Made by a program: the position numbers and the translations under genes
The notes under the pieces: generated by a model
Told to the model about the DNA's origin: nothing
Database searches by the model: none
Seen by the model: only the letters and a program-made list of their open reading frames with translations
Assembly: GCA_963792855.1 (NCBI GenBank)
Contig: CAWBXZ010000005.1
Coordinates: 366,492 to 430,491 of the forward strand
Length of the DNA: 64,000 bases
Origin: an uncultured beta proteobacterium
GTDB lineage: Bacteria > Pseudomonadota > Gammaproteobacteria > Burkholderiales > Eutrophovitaceae
Reading direction: 5' to 3'
Part shown: piece after piece, positions 42,075-50,123 of the stretch
Numbering within the stretch: the first letter of the stretch is position 1
Layout of the letters: every line of letters starts with the position of its first letter

Positions 42075-43293
42075 CGCGTTGCGGGCGTACCAGCAACAAA
42101 AACTTGCGCTGAGAATGGCAATCGACGTCGGTTGCCCCGTGTTCGAAGTGATGTGCCGGGTCGCGTCGGCGCACGTGCACTATGAGGGCGGCGAGTCACG
42201 GGCGGCGTGGCTGCAGCTCCAACAGGTGTATGACACCGCCCGCCACATTCGCAATCACCTGCTCGAGTACTCGGCATTGTTGTGTTACGCCTACGTTGCG
42301 CTGGACAGCGGCCGGCGCCCGCGCTCCGGCATGCGCGCACTGCGCCAGGCATTTGCGGAGGGCAAGCCGCGAAACTATTTGTCGTTTCCCCTTTGGCGAC
42401 CGGAGATGCTGGCGCAATTGTGCAGCATTGCACTCGAAGCAGGAATCGAAACGGACTTTGTCGCCGAGCTGATTCACGAGAGATCCTTGCAACTCGATGC
42501 CGCTCATTCGGCGTTGCTGAATTGGCCGTGGCCATTGCGGGTACAGACGCTGGGACAATTCCGGGTTTTCAGAAACGGCGAACCGATCGCCTTCACGGGC
42601 AAGGCACAGCGCCGCCCACTCGATCTGCTCAAGGTGGTCATCGCTTTCGGCGGCCGGGACGTCAGCGAGGAAAGAGTGGTCGAGGCACTTTGGCCCCGGA
42701 TCGACGGCGACTCGGCGCACCGGTCCTTCGCCACGACTCTGCACCGTCTGCGTAAATTGCTGGGAGAAGAGCAGGCAATCCAGCTCTCCGATGGAAAACT
42801 CACGCTAAACGGCCGGCTCATCTGGCTCGATACCTGGGCGTTTGATCAAACCACTTCCCGAATCAATCAGGCCCTGCGTCCCGACAATGAAGACAACACG
42901 GTCGACACGGCGATACTGAGTGCGTTGGGCAAACGATTGCTCGAGTTCTACAAAGCGCCATTTCTGGCCGGTGAGGCGGAACAGTCGTGGAGTCTGCCTC
43001 TGCGCGAACGGCTGCACCAGCGTTTCGTGCGTGTTGTCGTGAATCTTGCTCATTACTGGCAGCACTCGGACGAGGCAGAAAGGGCGATCGACTTGCTCGA
43101 AATGGCAATCGAACTCGATGCGTCCAGCGAGGGCATCTACCGTAATCTGATGGAATGCTATACGGCACTGGGGCGCCGCGCCGAAGCAGTGGACACTTAC
43201 GGCCGCTGCCGCAAGATGCTGGCCGCAACCTTGCAGGTTGATCCTTCTCCCGAAACCACCGCACTGTACGAAAAGCTCACGCAAGCGACCTGA
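41851..43293 (+). CDS. C-terminal part of the same regulator: helical repeats + OmpR/PhoB-type winged helix + BTAD (SARP-type output)
   Basis: Has LRVQTLGQFRVFRNGEPIAF..RRPLDLLKVVIAFGGRDVSEERVVEALWP...TLHRLRKLL, then a BTAD-like end ...YRNLMECYTALGRRAEAVDTYGRCRKMLAATLQVDPSPETTALYEKL. The frame differs from 40062..42074 and overlaps it over 41851-42074. Confidence 0.75.
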   Translation: MPQCAKGLRSNALRASTFFHANCLPMAPVVHCFPVILTRQRSFSSEIEALPGIPARFDLCLQHLFSTWLAMLRHDALRAYQQQKLALRMAIDVGCPVFEVMCRVASAHVHYEGGESRAAWLQLQQVYDTARHIRNHLLEYSALLCYAYVALDSGRRPRSGMRALRQAFAEGKPRNYLSFPLWRPEMLAQLCSIALEAGIETDFVAELIHERSLQLDAAHSALLNWPWPLRVQTLGQFRVFRNGEPIAFTGKAQRRPLDLLKVVIAFGGRDVSEERVVEALWPRIDGDSAHRSFATTLHRLRKLLGEEQAIQLSDGKLTLNGRLIWLDTWAFDQTTSRINQALRPDNEDNTVDTAILSALGKRLLEFYKAPFLAGEAEQSWSLPLRERLHQRFVRVVVNLAHYWQHSDEAERAIDLLEMAIELDASSEGIYRNLMECYTALGRRAEAVDTYGRCRKMLAATLQVDPSPETTALYEKLTQAT

Positions 43294-43500
43294 CATCTTG
43301 CTGGCCGATCCCTGGTCAGCAAGCTATTCCCTGGTTTACTCGCGGCATGGCGTGCCATCGCAGGAAAAAGTGCATGTGTAACTGATCCGTAATCCTCCGG
43401 TACCCCATTCGCAACCAACCCTCATTCAGGATGGATGCATCGCAGACCGGCCGTTTGAGAAACGAAACGATGCGGCATCGGCGATTCAACAGGAGGACAC

Positions 43501-44058
43501 ATGATGAAATCACAATTTGTAGTGCAGGGCAGCAAGGCGATCAATGCGAATGAGGCGTTTCGCAACCGGCGACGCGCTCGGCGTCTGGCCGTTGCGGCAG
43601 TTCTGCCGGCATTGGCGCTAACGGGCTGTTACGTCATGCCTGTGGGCCAGGACACAAGCGGGAATACCGTTTACGCGTACTCGGCGATTGCGCCGTCCCA
43701 GGTGCAGGGCGGGACGGGTGCGCCCGGGTCCGCGCCGGTTTCCGGTCCGGCAATGCCTCAGGCACTTGACGTCAAACTGTACCCCATCAACGACCTGGCG
43801 AACCAGACTGGCGTGCTCACCGGCCAGGTAACGAACATGATGACCGGCAAAGGCCGTTTTGTGTTCAATTACCAGGGCGAAACGCTGGTGGGAGAAGCCA
43901 CGCGCGTAGCGAACGACGAGCGGCGCGGCATTGCCAGCGCCTACGGCCCGAGCGGCAGGTATGCCAAATGCGAGTACCAGATGAGCAGCCCCAGGATGGG
44001 TGCCGGTACATGCACCTTCTCCGACAGTGCCATGTACCAGGTTCATATTGGTAACTGA
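43501..44058 (+). CDS. lipoprotein, unknown function
   Basis: Lipobox LALTGC after a basic N-terminus. The mature part has conserved-looking Cys (KCEYQ...GAGTCTF). Confidence 0.55.
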   Translation: MMKSQFVVQGSKAINANEAFRNRRRARRLAVAAVLPALALTGCYVMPVGQDTSGNTVYAYSAIAPSQVQGGTGAPGSAPVSGPAMPQALDVKLYPINDLANQTGVLTGQVTNMMTGKGRFVFNYQGETLVGEATRVANDERRGIASAYGPSGRYAKCEYQMSSPRMGAGTCTFSDSAMYQVHIGN

Positions 44059-44289
44059 GTCGTGCCGTCGACTAGGAACGCCCCGATGCTTGCCAATCAA
44101 CGGCGTCGGGGCGTTGCATCCATTCGGTGTCAGGGCGACGGCATGAACCGGTCGCGATGTCGCCCGATCACGGCGCTCCGGTTTTGGCCTGAACATCGTC
44201 AACCCCGGCGCAGCGTGCGACGCGCATTTGTGATGGTCCTCGAGACAGCTGCGAGCCATCGTCATGGGGCCGGAACGCGCAACAACGAT

Positions 44290-45216
44290 CTAGAAGCGGC
44301 TGCTGAACACGAGACCAATCAAACCAGGGGTGTCGTACTCCGAGCTTGCGATCGTGCGCCCGTCGATGTCCTCGACGGAAAGTTTTCCTTCGAATTCGCC
44401 GCCGACGAAGGCGCCGACTGTCGTCATCGGCCACAGCGTGTATTGCGCGCTCAACACCAGAGGCAGAGATCTATCCTCGCCATAGCGCACGGAAGACGCT
44501 GGGTCATTGTCCAGCGCAAAACGGATTTTTTCATAGCGGCCGGTCAGTCCCAGTTTCCACTTGTTGTTCAACTCGTATTCGAGAGTCAGCCCCGGGCCCT
44601 GGGACGCGGCCAGTCCACGCCCGGTCGCAAGTGACAATTTTTCAGTGATCGCCCAGTCGATCACAACGATTGGAAACGCGTCGGAGCCGCCGCCGAGCTC
44701 ACTGAACCAGCCGAAGCCCGGTCCGATGAACAAAGTATCCGACACTCTCCATCCAATGCCCGCGAGCAATCCTTCGGTCCTTCCGTCGTTCAGGCTGGCG
44801 CCCGATTCCACATTCGTCCGGACGCTGGGGATAATGATCGCGTCGGTCCGTTCCGAGGGCGAGAACCGAATGGGCACCGCAATACGGTAGTCATGTATGC
44901 GGCCCCAAGTCTGTTGGCCACCGATTGTCGTACCGGGTGAGAATTCATAATCGGAGTCACCGAATCCGATTGTCAGCGAAACCGTGTTGCGCCTGTCCCG
45001 CATATAGGCAACGCTGGGCTGGATGAAATAGCGGTCTACGCCGAACGAACCGTTGGTGCCCGACAGGTCGGTGTCGGACTGGTGTACCGCTCCACCGTCG
45101 ATGCCCCAGACCCAGGGGCCGAACTGTCGCCCGCCTTCATCCGCCGCATGGGAAGGGACTGGAAACAGTAGCGAGGCGGATACAAACAATGCGGAAAGTC
45201 CGGGAGAAAGTTTCAA
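44290..45216 (-). CDS. outer-membrane beta-barrel protein, unknown family
   Basis: Signal peptide ...FPVPSHA-AD, alternating hydrophobic beta-strand pattern and a terminal aromatic residue (...VFSSRF). Confidence 0.65.
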   Translation of the reverse strand: MKLSPGLSALFVSASLLFPVPSHAADEGGRQFGPWVWGIDGGAVHQSDTDLSGTNGSFGVDRYFIQPSVAYMRDRRNTVSLTIGFGDSDYEFSPGTTIGGQQTWGRIHDYRIAVPIRFSPSERTDAIIIPSVRTNVESGASLNDGRTEGLLAGIGWRVSDTLFIGPGFGWFSELGGGSDAFPIVVIDWAITEKLSLATGRGLAASQGPGLTLEYELNNKWKLGLTGRYEKIRFALDNDPASSVRYGEDRSLPLVLSAQYTLWPMTTVGAFVGGEFEGKLSVEDIDGRTIASSEYDTPGLIGLVFSSRF

Positions 45217-45393
45217 GTAGATACCTCAAAAGTAGATAGCCGGGCGATACGCCGCGAAGCAGCAGAACCGTGATTATGCCTATGCATCCGGCGCCACGCG
45301 GGTGCGTCGGTCGAGTGATGCAAGACCGGCGTGAGCCCGGTTGATTCGCCAGAACGTACCTGAGCGGCCTGGAAAGGAAACTGCAGCGCTGCG

Positions 45394-45888
45394 TTAGGCC
45401 GCGTGTGGATGATCTTCCGTGTCGTTGAAGGGCTCACCCATCCGGAAGCTGAAAATGCGTTCATCGGCAACACGCAGGCGGCGGCTTAGTTCCCGGGCCA
45501 TGTTCATCTGGATCAGGGCAAACTGCTCGAGGTCGCGCTCACAGAGTTGATGAACGCTGTCAGGGGGCAGAGCGATCGCCGAGCAATCCGAAACCGCGAC
45601 AATCGACGCGCTGCGCGGAGACAGGTCGATCAACGCCATCTCACCGAAGCAATCGCCCGGTCCCAGGTGGCGAATCTTGTATTGTTTGCCGAGCCAGGAT
45701 TTCAGCACCGAGACCGAACCGGATTCCAGCACGTAGATGAAGTCGGGCACTTCACTTTCACGAAAGAAATAATCGCCCTTGGAAACTTCGCGTATCTGTG
45801 CCGAATCGACCAGAAATTCCAGCGTATCGGAACGCATGCCGCCGAAGATCGGCATGTTCTGCAAGGTCTCGATGCGTGCCTGTTGCAT
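45394..45888 (-). CDS. cyclic nucleotide-binding domain protein (stand-alone, no HTH)
   Basis: 164 aa with the cNMP-binding phosphate-binding cassette GDCFGEMALIDLSPRSASIVA. Confidence 0.8.
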   Translation of the reverse strand: MQQARIETLQNMPIFGGMRSDTLEFLVDSAQIREVSKGDYFFRESEVPDFIYVLESGSVSVLKSWLGKQYKIRHLGPGDCFGEMALIDLSPRSASIVAVSDCSAIALPPDSVHQLCERDLEQFALIQMNMARELSRRLRVADERIFSFRMGEPFNDTEDHPHAA

Positions 45889-46314
45889 GAGTGCCCCCTT
45901 GAAAGAACGAGTAGACGAAATCCGCTAACCGAAGGCTATCGTATCAGGTACCCGGTCCGGCTGCGAAGTCGCTGAACCGATACACGAGAGCGCCGCAGCG
46001 GGGAGCCGGCATGACATTGGACCGTCAGGCGGATCTGGTGTCGTCTTGCTGCGCGAGTTGTGATCTCTTTTGGGATGCGGAATCCGGCCAGGGTTGGCCG
46101 TTGACATGAAAGACGAGCGCATAAGTTTCCTGTTCGTATCCCATGGCGGATTGTTTCGTATTACCCTGATACGTATGCCGGGTATCCGGGTTGCAAGTGC
46201 CCTGGACGAAGCAACCGGGATCACGGAAGAGCGCATCAGGTGGCGAACAGGCAAGCCGTTGTTATCATTTTTTTGCACGCGATGTTGCGGGCATTTCGAA
46301 AGGCGAGGATCGTT

Positions 46315-46614
46315 ATGTTGTTCTGCATCCACTGCATGGATCGGGAGGGCGCCTTGCAGGACCGGCTCGACAATTACGCTGCCCATCGGGCGCATCTGAA
46401 TGGCACCAGCACGACAATCGTGCTCGCGGGTCCGGTTGCAGCCGAAGACGGGGAAACGCCGGTGGGCAGCATGTTCGTCATCGATGCAGCGGATCGCGCC
46501 GAAGCGGAAGCCTTCAATCGCGACGATCCTTTTTTCAAGCTTGGCATATGGGATCGCGACAGCATACGTATTCATCCGTTGCTCAAGCGCCGCGGCTGGC
46601 TGTCGGGATATTGA
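46315..46614 (+). CDS. YciI family protein
   Basis: Has MLFCIHCMDREGALQDRL..AHRAHL...GP...GSMFVIDAADRAEAEAFNRDDPF. The start is taken at the ATG preceded by AGGCGAGGA. Confidence 0.65.
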   Translation: MLFCIHCMDREGALQDRLDNYAAHRAHLNGTSTTIVLAGPVAAEDGETPVGSMFVIDAADRAEAEAFNRDDPFFKLGIWDRDSIRIHPLLKRRGWLSGY

Positions 46615-46684
46615 TGTCCACGGCGCCGGTTCTTTCCCGAGGCACAAGTCGCGAGTGCGAGCCTTGGGGGCCCGATCGGCACTG

Positions 46685-47554
46685 ATGCCCCGCTTCCCGC
46701 TGCCGCCTTTGCTGACATTCGGGTTCTGGGCAACCAGTCTGTTGCTTGGTTGCCCGGCGTGGGGCGATGCCTTACCTGCGGTCGGCGATGAGTTTCGCGA
46801 TTGTGCGAATTGTCCGCTCATGAAGGTCGTGCCGCCCGGCGAGTTCGAGAAAGGTCCGCCGCCGTCGGCGTCAGGGCATTTTCACAACGAAGGTGTTGTT
46901 CGGACCATCACGATCGCCAGGCCATTTGCGGTGGGAAAATACGAAGTGACGGTGGCGCAGTGGCGCGCATGTGTGGCGGCAGACCGGTGTGAGAGTGCAG
47001 AGGACGGCCGGCTGAACGGCGATCTTCCGGCTACCGGCGTCAGTTGGGCGGCGGCGGTGTCTTACGCCGAGTGGCTATCCGATGTCACCGGCAAGCCTTA
47101 CCGCTTGCTCTCAGAGACCGAGTGGGAGTATGCGGCGCGTGCCGGCCTGCCACGATTCCGGAATTTCAGTATGAGCCCCGACCAGTTGTGCCGTGTTGCC
47201 AACCTTTACGATCTGCGTTCCAAAGCCGAATACGAATTCGACTGGGAGCATATCGAGTGCGACGATGGCCATGCCGGGCTTGCGCGGGTCGGATCCTTGC
47301 GGCCGAACGCGTTCGGCTTGCACGACATGCTTGGCAACGTATCGGAGTGGACGCAGGATTGCCATAACCTGAGCTGGCGTTTCGCCAAACTGGACGGCAG
47401 CGCCTGGCTTGAGGGGGACTGCTTGCTGCGCGCCTACCGCGGCGGTTCGTGGCTGGCAAACGAGCCACGCTACCTCAGAACGCCGGATCGTTACCGCTAC
47501 TATCGGGCCACATCTGATGATCTGGGGTTCAGGGTCGGTTTGTCGCTGCATTGA
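46685..47554 (+). CDS. FGE-sulfatase fold (SUMF1/PvdO-like) protein, periplasmic/lipoprotein, lacks the FGE catalytic Cys pair
   Basis: Signal/lipobox LLLGC. Has FRDCANCPLMKVVPPGEF, GVSWAAAVSYAEWLS, YRLLSETEWEYAARAG, GLHDMLGNVSEWTQD and RGGSW ... DLGFRV. The ORF-track start at 46400 overlaps yciI and was rejected. Confidence 0.8.
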   Translation: MPRFPLPPLLTFGFWATSLLLGCPAWGDALPAVGDEFRDCANCPLMKVVPPGEFEKGPPPSASGHFHNEGVVRTITIARPFAVGKYEVTVAQWRACVAADRCESAEDGRLNGDLPATGVSWAAAVSYAEWLSDVTGKPYRLLSETEWEYAARAGLPRFRNFSMSPDQLCRVANLYDLRSKAEYEFDWEHIECDDGHAGLARVGSLRPNAFGLHDMLGNVSEWTQDCHNLSWRFAKLDGSAWLEGDCLLRAYRGGSWLANEPRYLRTPDRYRYYRATSDDLGFRVGLSLH

Positions 47555-47707
47555 ATGCCGCCCGGGCGTGCGCGGTGAGCCGCGACATAAAAGGGTGACT
47601 GCCAACACGTGGCCGAATGCTGCCGCGCATGTAATTCTTACGGGTGCGGCGCTATTGGTTACACTGACGGTGAATTGATCGCCGATTGTTGAAGGGGTTG
47701 GATTGTT

Positions 47708-48616
47708 TTGACACACGTACAGTGTTTTTGCGGCTGGTTGCGGAGATTCTCGCTGGGCCGGTCGAATTATGTGTTTCGTTTCGCCGCGCTATTGGTGTCC
47801 TGTGTCATTGCCGCCGGGGCACATGGGGAGACCATGCAGCCGGGTGCGACTTTTCGCGATTGTGAAACCTGCCCCGAGATGGTGGTGATTCCCGCCGGCT
47901 CGTTCGAAATGCGAACGGCACCCTGGGGGCCTGGATATCCGCACAATGAAGGCTATTTCTACCCGGTGACGTTTCCCGGGCCTTATGCGATCGGCAAGTT
48001 CGAGATTACGTTCGCCGAATGGGACGAGTGTGTCAGTGAGGGCCGGTGCGAGGTGCTGGATGATGCCGGATGGGGCCGGGGCAGGCGACCTGCCATCAAC
48101 CTGAGCTGGGCGCAGGCAGTCCAGTTCACAAAGTGGCTGTCTGCGAGGACCGGAAAGATCTATCGCCTTCCGACCAACGCCGAGTGGGAGTACGCCGCGC
48201 GCGCTGGCCGTGGCATGAACCGTTTTTTCGATATTCCGCCCGCGGAAGTCTGCAAGCACGGCAACGTATACGACCAGACCGCGCATGCGGAGTTTGAATT
48301 CGAGTGGCAGCCCATGCCATGTAAGGACGGGCAGGCGGTCACGGCTCCGGTTGGCCAGTTTTTGCCCAATGCGTTTGGATTGTACGACGTGATTGGCAAT
48401 GTCTTCGAGTGGACCGAAGATTGCGCCAGTCCCAACTGGCGTGGCGCGCCGGGCAATGGCGCGCCATGGGTCGAAGGAGATTGCTCGCTGCGTGGCTACC
48501 GCGGCGCCTCATGGATTACCAACGAACCTTATTATCTTGTGGAGTCCAGCCGGTTCAAGTTCCTCGGTGCCCGCGAAAACGATCTCGGCTTCAGGGTGGT
48601 GCGGGAGATTCCGTAG
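47708..48616 (+). CDS. FGE-sulfatase fold (SUMF1/PvdO-like) protein, paralog of the preceding gene
   Basis: Has FRDCETCPEMVVIPAGSF, NLSWAQAVQFTKWLS, YRLPTNAEWEYAARAG, GLYDVIGNVFEWTED and RGASW ... DLGFRV. The start is TTG 47708 or GTG 47771. Confidence 0.8.
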   Translation: MTHVQCFCGWLRRFSLGRSNYVFRFAALLVSCVIAAGAHGETMQPGATFRDCETCPEMVVIPAGSFEMRTAPWGPGYPHNEGYFYPVTFPGPYAIGKFEITFAEWDECVSEGRCEVLDDAGWGRGRRPAINLSWAQAVQFTKWLSARTGKIYRLPTNAEWEYAARAGRGMNRFFDIPPAEVCKHGNVYDQTAHAEFEFEWQPMPCKDGQAVTAPVGQFLPNAFGLYDVIGNVFEWTEDCASPNWRGAPGNGAPWVEGDCSLRGYRGASWITNEPYYLVESSRFKFLGARENDLGFRVVREIP

Positions 48617-48664
48617 CGGAAAATTGCACTGCCGGGACGTGACGGGTGCGGGTGTAACCGGTCT

Positions 48665-48700
48665 GATCGATACTGCGCTTATCGATACTGCGCTGATCGA
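48665..48700. repeat. 15-bp tandem direct repeat, about 2.4 copies
   Basis: GATCGATACTGCGCT / TATCGATACTGCGCT / GATCGA, in the gap between two convergent genes. Confidence 0.8.
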
Positions 48701-48742
48701 AGCCGGGTTCCGAACGGCTCGCGCGGGCGTTGTTGCGGTTTC

Positions 48743-49252
48743 TCACTCTTCCAGGATCGGTGCCAGGTAGTTCTGGAAGTAGAAAGGCGTTTTGCTGCCA
48801 TATTCGCGTGAACGCACGACGCCCTTGCGGTCGATCACGAATGCCCGCGGAGCGCGGAATTTTTCGCCGAATCCATTTTCGTCGAGTTCGTTACTCATGA
48901 TGCCGTCAAGGTTGTACAGCCGGACCATGCGCTCAACGCGATGCCGGTCCTGCGGCCGGTCGACTCCGATATAGATGACCACCAGTCCCTTGTCGCGGTT
49001 TTCCTCGACAAATGCTTCGATGCTGCCGATTTCGAAGGCCGACTGCTTCGAGTAGCTCGAGTAGTAATTGATCAATACGACCTTGCCGCGCATCTGCGCG
49101 AGGTCGAAGGCTTCGCCGGAAAACAGTGTGCCTTTGAGCGCCGGTGCCGGTTCTCCGATTTCGGGTACCGCCCAGGCCGGCCCGGTAGACAGCAGCGCGA
49201 AGAGGACCACGGCGAAAAAGCGCGCGCACCGGTTTTTCGTGTAGATTTTCAT
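48743..49252 (-). CDS. periplasmic thioredoxin-fold (TlpA/redoxin-like) protein with the CxxC motif replaced by SxxS
   Basis: Signal peptide ...STGPAWA. Has GKVVLINYYSSYSKQSAFE where TlpA-like proteins have GK.VLVNFWA.WC..C..E. The start is at MKIYTKN (49252). Confidence 0.7.
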   Translation of the reverse strand: MKIYTKNRCARFFAVVLFALLSTGPAWAVPEIGEPAPALKGTLFSGEAFDLAQMRGKVVLINYYSSYSKQSAFEIGSIEAFVEENRDKGLVVIYIGVDRPQDRHRVERMVRLYNLDGIMSNELDENGFGEKFRAPRAFVIDRKGVVRSREYGSKTPFYFQNYLAPILEE

Positions 49253-49377
49253 GGGCGGGGCAAAATCTCGACTGAATGCGTCACGCCGTGATTGCCGCCG
49301 CAGCCAACGCCGGAACGTGCTGCTGGGTGCTTCCCGGTGTTTCCATTCGCAAGTTTCCAGGAAAAGGACCTGCTGCC

Positions 49378-49758
49378 ATGATCGAACGCCATATTGTTCC
49401 CGGACAACCCAAACCATACAGCCACTACTGCCATGTTGTACGCGGCGGTGATCACGTGTGGGTTTCAGGCGCAGTCGGCATCAAAGCCGACGGTACCATA
49501 CCCGCCGGGACGGTAGAACAGTTTCGCGTCGCGCTCGATAGCGTCGACAAATGTCTTCGTGCGGCCGGAGCCAGCGCCGCACAGGTGGTCAAGGTCAGCA
49601 TCTTCATGACGGATATCAGCGAACGGTCCGCCATCAATCCGTTGCGAATCGAGTACTTCGGCGAGAATCGGCCGGCCTCGACACTGGTCGAAGTCAGCCA
49701 ACTGGTCGATCCGGCGTTTCGCGTCGAGATCGAGGCCATTGCGTACATCGGGTCCTGA
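49378..49758 (+). CDS. RidA/YjgF family protein
   Basis: Has MIERHIVPGQPKPYSHYCHVVRGGDHVWVSGAVG ... RPASTLVEVSQL...VEIEAIAY. Confidence 0.8.
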   Translation: MIERHIVPGQPKPYSHYCHVVRGGDHVWVSGAVGIKADGTIPAGTVEQFRVALDSVDKCLRAAGASAAQVVKVSIFMTDISERSAINPLRIEYFGENRPASTLVEVSQLVDPAFRVEIEAIAYIGS

Positions 49759-49805
49759 AGACAAGCGGGAACGTCGGCGCGTCGACCACATAGTGTTAAC
49801 AGGCC

Positions 49806-50123
49806 CTAAAGATCCTCGTCGTCGTCCACTGTGACATCTTCTTCTTCGGCGAACAGGTCTTCGTCGTCGCGCCAGTCACCACCCTCCAGAACTTCATCGA
49901 CGATGTCATCGACACGGTCTTCGACATCCTGCAGGAATTGTCCGCTGGGCCCGTCAATTTCAGCCCGTTCGTCTTCATCGTCCGCGATCGTTATCTGCGC
50001 TTCGGGCCATTCGTCCTGCAGTGCTTCCAGCAGAAGATCCTTGAAACGCTCGATCTCGTCGTCTGAGGGAACGCCGAGCATCTCGTGTGAAACGTAATAG
50101 GTGATAGACAGTTCACTGGGCAT
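49806..50123 (-). CDS. hyper-acidic small protein, unknown function
   Basis: 105-aa ORF. By my count 40 residues are D or E, against 4 R and 1 K. The C-terminus is ...DLFAEEEDVTVDDDEDL. Confidence 0.55.
   Translation of the reverse strand: MPSELSITYYVSHEMLGVPSDDEIERFKDLLLEALQDEWPEAQITIADDEDERAEIDGPSGQFLQDVEDRVDDIVDEVLEGGDWRDDEDLFAEEEDVTVDDDEDL

Noticed and set aside
45925-46821. 298-aa minus-strand ORF spanning the cNMP/YciI intergenic region and the start of the first FGE-fold gene
   Set aside because: Its composition is Arg/Pro-rich and unlike real proteins. It overlaps the better-supported YciI and FGE-fold genes on the plus strand.
48665-48700. CRISPR-like or other array repeat
   Set aside because: It has only about 2.4 directly abutting copies of a 15-mer with no spacers, and there are no cas genes in the window.
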